From: Cyanophora paradoxa CCMP329 | Lineage: Eukaryota > Plantae > Glaucophyta | Direction: 5' to 3' | DNA: 64,000 nucleotides | Assembly (NCBI GenBank): GCA_004431415.1 | Contig: QPMI01000004.1 | Location: forward strand, 1 to 64,000 | Shown here: in pieces, positions 1 through 10,317 of the stretch | How positions within the stretch are numbered: position 1 is the stretch's first letter | Layout: each line of letters opens with the position of its first letter | Position numbers and translations under genes: made by a program | The notes under the pieces: model-generated | The model's database searches: none | Told to the model about the DNA's origin: nothing | The model's input: only the letters and a program-made list of their open reading frames with translations

Positions 1-205
1 AGCCGGTTGTGCGGTTTTGACGAAAGGCGAAGGACCGAAGGCCCGAAGCACAATCGACAGTGAACCAACCAGACAAGGGTAGTGGCGGCGCAAACGCCTT
101 ACGGTCTACCATGTATGCCCCGGCGGTCCGGCGCTCATACACGCAGACACGGAAAGCAACCACAGACATCCCAATGCGGGCCTCTTCCTAATGCCGGCCT
201 GGGGG
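1..205 (-). mobile_element. Second family C 3' UTR copy, cut by the window edge
   Basis: Near-identical to 262-455 and to the reverse complement of 2321-2535. Confidence 0.75.
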
Positions 206-495
206 AGTCCTGGTCACGACCTCACGTGTGAAGAAGAAGAAGAGTATGTATAAGACACGCCCAAGCCAGCTGTACGGTTTTGACGAAAGGCGAAGGACCC
301 GAAGGCCCAAGGCACAATCGACAGTGAACCAGCCAGACAAGGGTAGTGGCGGCGCAGACTATACAGTTCACCATGTATGCCCCGGCGGTCCGGCGCTCAT
401 ACACGCAAACCTGGAAAGCAATCGGCGAAATCCCAATGCGGGCCTCTTCCTAATGGCGTGGGCACGCCTGCTCCTGGGCCATCCAGCCACTCGCC

Positions 496-2106
496 TTGGC
501 GGATGCTCCGTCGGCCAGTATTTCCGTTATGGACCCGTTTGCGGGGGTCTCTGCAGACTCTGCCTCATCGGCTTCCGGCCCACGTCGCGGTCCTGCTGCT
601 CCTCGCTTTCAGCTTCCCTCTGATGCCCCCGTCACTGGCGGCTGGCCGGTTTACATCACTTCCCCTGTCCCTCGGAAATATGGCACTTTTGCAGTCTGTC
701 CTTTGGGCCGTGAGGCTCTTGTCGCCGCTCTCTCTCAGTTTACCTCCAGTGCAGCCCTTGATGTCGAGCTCATGTACTCTTTCACCCCTGTGTGGGGCGA
801 GACTGCTGATGTCCGCCGTATCAAGTCCTTTGATCGTGAAACTTTCTTCAAATCTCGCAAGGGCTCACTAGAGGCCCTCTGTCAGTTTCCTGCTTTTTCG
901 GGCTCTTCTGTTACCGCTGAACAGTCGTTGTCCCAGTCTGAGCCATCTTGGATTCACCCCACGACTCAGGAAGCTTTTCCAACCAATCCTCGCCAATGTG
1001 ATGTTTATCGCTTCCGCCTCCATCCAGCACTTCAGCTTGGTGCAATCAATGCTCTTCTCGCCCAGCGCCGCACCATGAATACTTTTTTTGGTTTTCTCCC
1101 TGAAACTCATGTAGTTTCTCGGAATGTCCGGCAAGCCCATAAAGACGCCACTATCCAAGCACTTGATAATTTACCAGCAGCTATTATATCCACTTCGTTT
1201 GCTCCTTCCTCCAAAGGATCTTGTCACTTCTTTTGGTATGAATTTGGCTATCAGCCTCCTACCTCTGCCATGTCTGAGGCAGATAGCTCTTTGAACCATG
1301 TCGGCTTATATTCGCACGACGACTTTATCACTGAAATTCTTAGCTTCCAGCATGCTCTTCAGGAGCCGGAATCTATCCTCCTGTCCACTTCTGCGGCGTC
1401 GGCTCCCCGCTGGCACATCGATAAGACTCGGACTATCTCTCTTTCTGATACTCCCATTGACTTCGAAGCCAGCCCTGATGTTTGCCTTGTAGCGTTCCAC
1501 CAGCCTATCAAGACCTTCCAGCACGTTGTGTCTGCTTCTCCAGGCAGCCGCAGTTTTTCTGTCTTTTGTCGGCCTAACTTCGAATCCTGGGACTCTGTCT
1601 CCCCGAATCATCCTTTCAGCTGCCGCTTTAGTCTCCTTGTTCGTGTCCCTTCTACTCATCCCATTCATAAGGCAGCTATGAAGCAGTATTTCCTCTTAAG
1701 AAGGATGACGGCTCTTCTGCTCGGCTAGTCTCTCTTGGTCTTGTGGGCACATCCGGTGGCATCAGTCGCTTCCATTTCAATAGCTTCAAACCGGAATTCT
1801 CTGCTCTCCAGTATTACATGTCTTTGGCTTCTACTCAGAAATGGTCTAGCCTCTCCGCTTTTTCCGCTCATTCTGAGGCAGATTGCCCTGTTCCGGCTGC
1901 CCAGGAATGCACAGACCTTAATCCTCCCTTTGATACTCCTTACTACAGTCTTCGGGCAGCTGGTGATAAGTGTGTCTTGTACCACTTTCATCGAGATCCT
2001 GTTTTCTATTTCTTGAGCTCTACTACTCGTGAGGAGATCATTCGTTTCCATTCCATTCAGCGTGCTTTTGCCACTGCTCAGCAGATTACTCGTGAGTCCG
2101 CAGCAG
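496..2106 (+). CDS. Family A unknown protein (ORF X), frameshifted near 1690; C-terminus resumes at 9090-9203 after the gypsy insertion
   Basis: 410-aa ORF followed by the 1743 frame containing VLYHFHRDPVFYFL. Copy A2 (ORF 13679..14482) reads through the 1690 break. Confidence 0.7.
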
Positions 2107-2308
2107 TGTTGCGAAGCGTAGTTTCCCTTCCCTTTCGCCATAGCGAATGTACCATGTACGCTAGTGATACCCCGTCCCTCGTGTAGGGGTATGTCATTCA
2201 ATCATACGCGGATATTACGCGTGTGTGCACGTGCGTCCCGGCACGGCACTGCGCCGTGTGCGGAAGTGGCTTAGAACCCATCGTATAGCTTCTAACAGCT
2301 TCTTATCA
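2107..2308 (+). repeat. 5' LTR (202 bp)
   Basis: TGTTGCGAAG...CTTATCA; direct repeat of 8893-9085. Confidence 0.95.
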
Positions 2309-2320
2309 GCGGGGCTGCCA

Positions 2321-2561
2321 CCCCAGGCCGGCATTAGGAAGAGGCCCGCATTGGGATTTCGCCGATTGTTTTCCAGGTTTGCGTGTATGAGCGCCGGACC
2401 GCCGGGGCATACATGGTGAACTGTATAGGCGCCCGTCTGCGCCGCCACTACCCTTGTCTGGTTGGTTCACTGTCGATTGTGCTTCGGGCCTTCGGGTCCT
2501 TCGCCTTTCGTCAAAACCGCACAACCGGCTTGGGCGTGTCTTATACATACTCTTCTTCTTC
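2321..2561 (+). mobile_element. 5'-truncated family C 3' UTR inserted just after the gypsy 5' LTR
   Basis: Inverted copy of 230-455 with a (CTT)n tail and an imperfect TSD CTGCCACC/CTGCCGCC. Confidence 0.8.
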
Positions 2562-2980
2562 TGCCGCCGGAAGCCATTGTATTTCGTGGCAGCGGTGGAA
2601 TGTTCGACGCAAAGTGTTCGACACAGCGGTCTCACAGCGTCTGCGCATCGTTCTTCTGATTGCGTATACGCTAACGGTGCGTTCTGCAGCGATTTGCGCA
2701 CTGCGACCTTTCATTGTTGATTCCGCCATTTTGCGGAGAACATAAGCTTGTTGCATCGCGATTCACTCATGGATCTCATTTTCGAAGCTGTGTGCGCTCT
2801 TGGCCGGCTGGCCGAGGTCGTTTGCTTGTGATACCTCCGTTTTCCGTGGAATCCCGCGAGTTTCCGGAGTTGTCTCTTTTCTCTCCTTTTGGAATCTCGC
2901 TTTATCTCTTCTTCTTTCTTTTGGAACGATCTGAAATGTTTTCTTGAACACTGGCCTCGTCAAGCAACACTATTCGAGCA

Positions 2981-4240
2981 GTGTACCGTCGTAGGCTTGG
3001 GCCCTTCGTTAGGTCCTTAGTTAACGACTGTATTAATAAAGCTATCCTGCTCTCCGCACAGGCAGGAAGGCTGGCTGACGAGGACAACGTTTCTGTGGAC
3101 ATTGACCAAGAGGACATCATGGCTGCCCAGCCTAGGGTGGACTTGATTAAGCCGCTCCTGCGCAACCTTCTTCTTCCCAAATTTGAGTATTCTGCTCCTT
3201 CTAGATTCCTTAAGAATGTTCGCGATGTGCTGAAGGCGATCTATGTCCTTCCCGCTGTGGACACCACTCCATACTCCACGTGGACGGCTCAGGCAAAGGT
3301 TGATTTTGACTATGCTTGGCCGCATGTGCAGTTAAAACTCCAGTCTGTTTTCAATGAGGCAGCTGGGGCCCATGACTTTTCTCGAGTGGTCCTTGAATGT
3401 GACAATTGGACGACTTTTCTTAAGAAGTTCGAGGATCACTTTATGCATTCGGATGTCCAGACGGATTCTGCTCGCAATTTCTGGTCCTACACATACCAGA
3501 GTGCTTGTCTCCAGGCTGGTACTCAAGTCAATTTTGAGGACTTTGCTGTGGAGAAGATGAAGCGAGCGGAGGAAGCTGGCATTCTCGAGAAAGTTGTGGT
3601 GAAACAAATTTGGAGTGATGATCTGAAGTTGGGTGAGCTGCCTGCTGAATTGGACGACAACAAACTTCGCTTTTTGCGTCGGCTGCGCAGTCTTTGGACC
3701 GACCGCACTTCATCTTTTTCTTCGGTTTCTCCTTTTGGAATCGGTTCTCTTCCTTTTGGATCGCCGAAAAATGTTTCTGGATTGAACGCTCTCACTTCGG
3801 AGCGTATTGAGTCTCTGATTGATGAGCGAGTCGAATCGAAGCTTAAACAGTTCTCTTTGAAGGTGGATGATAAGCTCGATTCACTTCGTGACGAAACTCG
3901 TCGCCAATTGAGCGAGATTCGGCACGAAGCTCGCCAGCAGTTTGATGAGTTGCGCGATGACTCTCGTCGCACTTCTTCGATTATTTTGGATCGCATGGAT
4001 CAGTTGTCTCGCCAGTTGCAGTATCGCCCTCGCGGTGATAGCTGGCGTGACCAGCCTCGTGGATCTTATAATTTTGATCGCAATCGTTCGAATGACAAAT
4101 TTGTTAATTCTGGAAATGATTCTCGCAATTTTGGAAATTCTTCTGGTGGTTATCGCGGTCGCTCGGCTGAGCGCCGTGGGTCGTCAGCTGACCCTAAGGG
4201 TCGGGGCGGTTCGCAGCCCCGCCCGGCGGGAAAAGCCTAA
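2981..4240 (+). CDS. gag: Gag-like protein of the gypsy element
   Basis: 419-aa ORF between the LTR and pol, with a coiled-coil and an RG/N-rich tail. Start codon uncertain. Confidence 0.8.
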   Translation: MYRRRLGPFVRSLVNDCINKAILLSAQAGRLADEDNVSVDIDQEDIMAAQPRVDLIKPLLRNLLLPKFEYSAPSRFLKNVRDVLKAIYVLPAVDTTPYSTWTAQAKVDFDYAWPHVQLKLQSVFNEAAGAHDFSRVVLECDNWTTFLKKFEDHFMHSDVQTDSARNFWSYTYQSACLQAGTQVNFEDFAVEKMKRAEEAGILEKVVVKQIWSDDLKLGELPAELDDNKLRFLRRLRSLWTDRTSSFSSVSPFGIGSLPFGSPKNVSGLNALTSERIESLIDERVESKLKQFSLKVDDKLDSLRDETRRQLSEIRHEARQQFDELRDDSRRTSSIILDRMDQLSRQLQYRPRGDSWRDQPRGSYNFDRNRSNDKFVNSGNDSRNFGNSSGGYRGRSAERRGSSADPKGRGGSQPRPAGKA

Positions 4241-4269
4241 CCCAGCCTGTTGTTGCCCGCCAGGCTGGG
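4228..4269 (+). promoter_or_regulatory. -1 programmed ribosomal frameshift signal (gag-pol)
   Basis: G GGA AAA in the gag frame, 6-nt spacer, 9-bp stem CCCAGCCTG/CAGGCTGGG. The -1 frame is open into the protease ORF. Confidence 0.85.
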
Positions 4270-7200
4270 GCGGCCAAGAAACCAGCCATTTTCGGCGCAG
4301 CGAATGGACTGCGATCGTTGTTGCCTTTGATTACTCTCAACGAGTTCTTGAAGCGGCAGTCGTTGTCGGTCGCTCGCGCTTTCCCTTTCCCTTCCTTGGA
4401 TGCTTCTCAATCTTCTTCTCCTATTTCTTCTTCTGGTCCCGATGTTACCCTTCAAGAGAATGATCCCATTATCCATGAGGTTGCTTCAGTGGAAATTCGC
4501 CCAGACATTCGTCCTGGCTATGGTCAAGCGCATTCGCGTGGAATTAATAATGCTTTGGATGATTCGAAAAGTGCTAGTAGAGTAGTGGTAGTTAGTGGAA
4601 ATCGTGGAAAATTGGAACAGAAGTCCCTTTCGAATTTCTTTTCTGATGAGCTGCGATGGAAACGAGATGCCCCTGCTAAAAAGCATTTTATATCATCTGC
4701 AATCAATTCGAAGCCGGTTTCCCTGAAGTTGTCTTTTGATGATAATGGCCGAGCCTCAATTGAAATTTGTTCTCTGGACTCCCAGAGCCCTCCTGCTGAG
4801 CCTGCATTCGCAGGGCCGCGTCGCTTCATGACCTCAGCTCCGGGGAGGTCAACTCTGGACGTTTTCATTCAGGGCAAACATCACAAATTCCTTCTCGACA
4901 GCGGGGCAGATGTCTCTTTCATTCTTTCTTCTACTATCTCTTCTCTTGGACTTCAAAATAAGGTGTTTAGAACTATTCACACTCCTTCTGTCAAGCTCCC
5001 GAATTCTGCATTGGTGGCTGTTCCTGGTGAGGTTCATGTGGCTGCTACTATTGGGCCCCTCACCCGGAGTTTTCCTTTTCTTGTGGTTGATTTCCCGGGA
5101 TACGCATTCGATGGCATTTTAGGCCAAGATTTCTTTTCTGATAATGCAGTCACCTATTGCAATAAGGACGCTGACAACCGATTTGTGGTCTTCGCCAAGC
5201 ACCCAGACAAGCCAGTTAAGTGTGATATTCTCTCTTTCTTACCTGGCACCTCTACGCAGCCGAGTTCTCTGTCGCCAGAGACACCGGAATCTGACCCTCG
5301 GACGACTCCAGCACTCGCAGAGTGTCCAAGGAACATGGTCATATTCTGGAGGTTGCAAGGGAGGTTAAAATTGAACCTGGTGTGCAACGGAAGGTTGAAC
5401 TGCAAGTCGGAGGCAACCGCTATTTGCCGGATTGTGAAGGTTTTCTTGTCAACTTCTACAAATGGGACGACAATCAGGAAATCCGTGTGGCAAACGGACT
5501 TGCTGCGTGTCGTGGAGGCAAAGTATATGCTTTAGTTTCGAATTTGAGCAATCGTTTTTCAGAACGACCAGTTGTTTTGAAGAAGGGCCGTGCAATCGCA
5601 CGATTTGTCCCTGAGAAAAATCTCGAAGCTGAAGTATTTGACTTGGCTCTCAATTTGAGTTATGATCAAGATGGGAACGGCAAGTATGTGAAGGTCGACC
5701 GGCCTGGCGAGGCCTCGACACCTTCGGTACCAACATACTCTGCTCAGTACACTTGCGCCGACTCATTGCAAGTCAACTCTGCCGATGCCAAAATTGTTGG
5801 CAATTCTTCTGTGGAAATCGCGCCTCCAAAGTGTTTACCGGAGTCCGAGAATGCTTTTAAAAATGTTTCTGATAGAGTAGGTCTTCCCGAGTGTTCATAT
5901 CCATATGAGGAGAAGTTAGGTAGTTTTTCGCATTTGAACGCTGTTCCGATCGATCAAGCTTCGACTATTATTTTTGATGAACTGCGGCAACGGTATGGCG
6001 CCGACATTATTGATGCTCTCCGAGCCGTCGATATTGGCAGTCGGGATGATACGCCTGCGGAGCGCGCTGTCATGGCTGACTTCCTTGCACAGAACTGGGA
6101 CTTGGCCAAGGCTGCGCTTCCTCCGTACGACCCAAGTGCGCCTCATCCCCCGATCAAGCACTCGATCAAGACTGGGGATGCGCGCCCCATCGCGGAGCCC
6201 CCTCGGAGGCACTCGCAGACTGAACGAGAATTAATTATCGATGAGACCAAAAAGTTGCTTTCTCGCAATCTTATTCGTCCCTCTCGCTCACCTTGGGCCG
6301 CTCCTGTGGTCCTTGTGCGCAAGAAGGATGGATCTCTTCGATTTTGCATTGATTATCGCAAATTGAATTCAGTTACTGCGGACGACGCTTATCCTTTGCC
6401 TAGAATTGATGATGCTCTCGAAGCTTTGACTGGAGCTATTTATATTACTGGTATGGATGCGCCTGATGGCTACTGGGGTGTTGAAATGGAGGAGGAGGAC
6501 AAGGAGAAGACTGCTTTTCGGTCTCCCCTTGGACTTTTTGAGTGGAATGTTATGCCCCAAGGCCTAAAGACGGCCCCTGCCACTTTTCAGATGATGATGA
6601 ACAGCGTTCTTGGCACTTATTTATATGTATTCATTTTGGTATATTTGGATGATATATGTGTATTTTCGAAATCCTTGAAGCAACACCTTGCTGATCTTCA
6701 GTGGGTGTTTGATGCTATGAGACGGGCAAACATTTCTTTAAGCCCAAGAATCGAAATTCTTCAAGGCTGAATTGGAGTATCTTGGATTTGTAGTTACTAG
6801 ACAGGGCATCAAGCCTCTGCACAAAGGTGGAGGCTGTTCGCAAGTTTGCGACCCCCATCTGTATCAGAAGTTGGACTTTTCTGGCATGACTGGATATTAT
6901 AGAATCTTTGTACTTTATATGCAGTTCTTGCGGCGCACTCTATGATCTTTGCGCCAAGAGTTCACATTTTCATTGGACTGCTCGAGAGGATCTGGCTTTT
7001 CGGAATTGAAAGAGTTGCTTTGTTCTGCTCCCATCCTTTCGCTCCTAATTCTCTAAGTCTTTCATTCTCAAACTGATGCTTCTAAGACCGGAGTTGGTGC
7101 GGTCCTTCTCAATTGGATGAATTGGGATGAAAAAGTTGTTTCCTTGCTTCTCACAAATTCTCATCTCCTGAGAAGAAGTGGATCGGGAAGTTGTTATGAA

Positions 7201-8880
7201 TATGCAGCCGAGTCCCTTTCTGATGACAGCAGAAGTGGACAGTCACGGAGCAGAGTTGTATGCAATTGGTGGGCTGTCACCAAGAAGTTCCTCAGTATCT
7301 CCGTGGCAAGAAGTTCATTATCAAGTCTGATCACTCGGCTCTTCAATATTTGAAATCGGCTAAGAGTTGCCCAGTGCTCGCATCACTCGCTGGATTATGG
7401 ATATGCAGGAGTTTGACTTCGAGATCCAGCATAAGCCGGGCAAGTCTAATGCTGATGCGGATGCTCTTTCTCGCCTGGTGCGAGTAGCAGTTCTTTCCTT
7501 GGAAGCGATGGAGTTTTCTTCTAATTTTTCGAGCGCTTTCTGGATGCAATTGAGTTGCAGTTGAGTTTGCCCCGGCTCGAATTCGGGATGAGCAAATAAA
7601 TGATGTTATTTTGGCGGATATGATTAGTATTTAGAATCAGATATTACTATTGAACCGCAAGGTGTCAACAAGGAGGCCGAACGCCAACTCAAGAGCGGCA
7701 AGTTTCTGTGCAAGATGGCGTTCTCGTCCACACTCGGCCTTCGGACAAACTTGTGCGTATTTGCGTACCAGATATCTTAAATCAACTATTCTGTCATCGG
7801 TACACCGCACGCTCGGACATCCTGGAGTCGGCAAAATGTACAATCTCTCAAGCGCGGTACTACTGGCGGAGTATGTTTTCTGATGTCGCTACATTTGTTT
7901 CGACATGCGCCGATTGCCAGCGTGTCAAGAATTCCAAGACTGTACAAGCGGTTCCTCAATTTGAGATTCATGCTGACCGGCCGATGCACACTTGGAAATT
8001 GACATCGTCGGGCCTTTTCGAAGTCGAAGCAAGGCAACAAATATCTTGATTACTATTATCGATGTTTTTACGCGTTGGTGCCATGCGGTGCCGCGCGAAC
8101 GAAGTCGGCTATGTCCGTCATTCGGCATTGTTCGACCACTGGATACCCCTTTATGGAGTCCCCGCCAAGATTTCGTCGGATCAGGGCGGCGAATTCAAGA
8201 ATTTGCTTCTTAATGAACTGGAGCGTCTTTTTGGAATAAAGGCGGTCTTTTCTTCTCTTATCATCCGCAGTCACAAGGAGCTGTGGAAAAATTGAATGAC
8301 ATTTGTCACTCGCCTACGGTTTTATATTGACAAAATGCTTCAACATGGGATCTCTCTCTTCCATTCGCTCTTCGCAGTGCGCAATTTCATTAATCCTACA
8401 ACGGGCTACACTCCTTTCGAAATGTTGTACGGGAGGCTTGTACTCTTCCTGCGACTTGCTGGCTACTCCTGAAGTTCAAGTGACAACTTCTGAGCCTACT
8501 GGTTACCAGCCGTGTTGGCTCGGCGGTTCTCTCGCATTTATACGATATTCAGCAAGCTAAGGGAATATCTTGCCAAGCAGCAGCAGCGGCCTTCCTCAAC
8601 AGTTTTCATTCCTGGAGAAGTTGTTGCTGTGAAGACCCCTTCACTCGGCGGTCTGACAGCTTCCCACCGTTTCACTGGACTTGGACGTGCTTAAAGATGT
8701 TTCTCATGCAAGGGAGTTACTTTCTTGCTGGAGTATTCTGGTCCTAAGGAGCGTGGTTCTCCTGCTGAGGCTCGCGTCAAATGGTTCATGCCTCTCGGCT
8801 CAAGCCTTGAGGACCCTGATTGATCTCTTTCTTTCTTTTCTTCCTTGGCCTTGGCCAGCGCGGACGTGGCCTTTTCTTAC
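4228..8880 (+). CDS. pol: Pol polyprotein (aspartic protease, RT, RNase H, integrase), with many frameshifts after about 6750
   Basis: LLDSGAD; SPWAAPVVLVRKKDGSLRFCIDYRKLN; YLDDI; TDAS and SDHSALQYL; HRTLGHPGV and CADCQ; SDQGGEF. Confidence 0.95.
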
Positions 8881-8892
8881 TTGGAGGAGAGT

Positions 8893-9085
8893 TGTTGCGA
8901 AGCGTAGTTTCCTTCCTTTCGCATAGCGAATGTACATGTACGTAGTGATACCCGTCCCTCGTGTAGGGGTATGTCATTCAATCATACGCGGATATTACGC
9001 GTGTGTGCACGTGCGTCCCGGCACGGCACTGCGCCGTGTGCGGAAGTGGCTTAGAACCATCGTATGCTTCTAACAGCTCTTATCA
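8893..9085 (+). repeat. 3' LTR
   Basis: Same sequence as the 5' LTR apart from single-base deletions; preceded by the PPT. Confidence 0.95.
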
Positions 9086-10317
9086 GCAGCACAGGCTCAG
9101 GCCCAGTCTTCTGATGCTCCTGCTAGCAAGCGTACTCGTCTTTCTGATCCTGAGTCTAACAACTCTTCTGTTGGTATGGCAGATGCTGCTTTTAATGAGT
9201 AATCCTGAGTACTACATGACCGTATATGTTTCTTTGTCCCTGCGGGGCCTCCTGATACCTGGGGCCGCCCGACAGGGAGCGGGCCGTCACGGGGTTCAGG
9301 CCTTCCTATGTGGCGCGTCGGGTGTCCATATAGGTGCCATTTCCTTGCTGGCGCCCTGGGGTGGTGCCCAGGGTCCTGTTGCGGCTCCACTCACTCCCCA
9401 TGCTAGTGGTCCCTGACGGGCCTTGCACGTCCCATCGGGCCTCTGCGGCTTTGCATACCCAGTCTTGGCTGCATGGAGTGTCTACTGCATTTCTCTCTCT
9501 CTCTCTGCCTCTTCCTAATGCCGCCTGGGGTATTCCCGATCCCGTTCACATTTGTAAGCCGAATTGTAGTGTTAGAGGAGAAAGATTAAAGAACCATGTC
9601 ATCAGCATCATCACCAGTCATGGCACCACAGAGAACCAGAATCATCACTGAAGACCGGAAGGTCAGCAGGAGAAGAAAGATCGAACGTTAACAGAAGAAG
9701 AAAAGATGGGTCACTGGATCCGTCCGTGAAACCATCAAGAAGCAGGAAGAGCAGGGGAGAGGTCGACGCGCTCAGGGTGAACCAGGGGGCAAATAGGTCA
9801 GTGTCCATAGGACAGAGGAAGAAGGAAGAGATGATGAATGGCTCCAACATCGAGAGCATCGTCAGTGATGTCAGCAGCAACTACAGGAGAAGACAGAGGT
9901 AATTCAGCGTCGAGTTCGATCAAAGAGGTCAATAATCACTTAGGAGAGAGTGGAGGCAACTGGTATCATCAACCGTATCATCGACAACGTAGACGCTTGC
10001 ACAGGAGGTCCCAAATATCGACACGACGACGGCGAAGAGGTGGCTGTCTTCAGTGTCAAAATCCGGCGGGGGTGAGGGGAGTGTGCAGGGGTGATGGAGG
10101 CGGAGGAAGCATAGGGTCAAGAGCAGGAGCAGGGTCTGGTGCTGAGGAGGGTCGTCGTCGTCCGAAGAGATGCTTGTGGAAGAGTCTCAGGAGCATCAGG
10201 GCCCAGGTCTGAAAGGTCAGAGGAGTCCGAACCATCATCAGGAGGGGACATATACCCTGCAGATCTTCCTTTTCAAGGCGTTGCAGCAGGACAGGCGCAC
10301 ACTGGCATAGGCAAACT

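Larger units (their letters stand above)
2107..9085 (+). mobile_element. Ty3/gypsy LTR retrotransposon
   Basis: TG...CA LTRs. GCAG TSD (2103-2106, 9086-9089), confirmed by the empty site in copy A2 near 13740. PPT GGAGGAGAG at 8883-8891. Domain order gag-PR-RT-RH-IN. Confidence 0.97.
456..9506 (+). mobile_element. RT-less non-LTR element family A, copy A1 (interrupted by the gypsy element)
   Basis: 14-bp TSD GCCTCTTCCTAATG. (CT)n tail at 9492-9506. Colinear with the copy at 13308-17399. Confidence 0.85.
230..10317 (-). mobile_element. Non-LTR element family C, 3' part (end of an acidic/Pro-rich ORF at about 9590-10317, 3' UTR at 9521-9590 and 230-455, (CTT)n tail), split by element A1
   Basis: The 3' UTR resumes across the duplicated GCCTCTTCCTAATG (442-455, 9507-9520). 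The GAAGAAGAAG tail is at 230-242. The ORF end resembles 17416-17830. Confidence 0.7.

Noticed and set aside
15-50. Hammerhead-like TTGACGA...CGAAG core
   Set aside because: It departs from CUGANGA/GAAA and lies on the antisense strand of the element; the opposite strand folds better.
5295-5340. Second -1 shift between the protease and RT ORFs
   Set aside because: No slippery heptamer or stem; most likely a single-base deletion.
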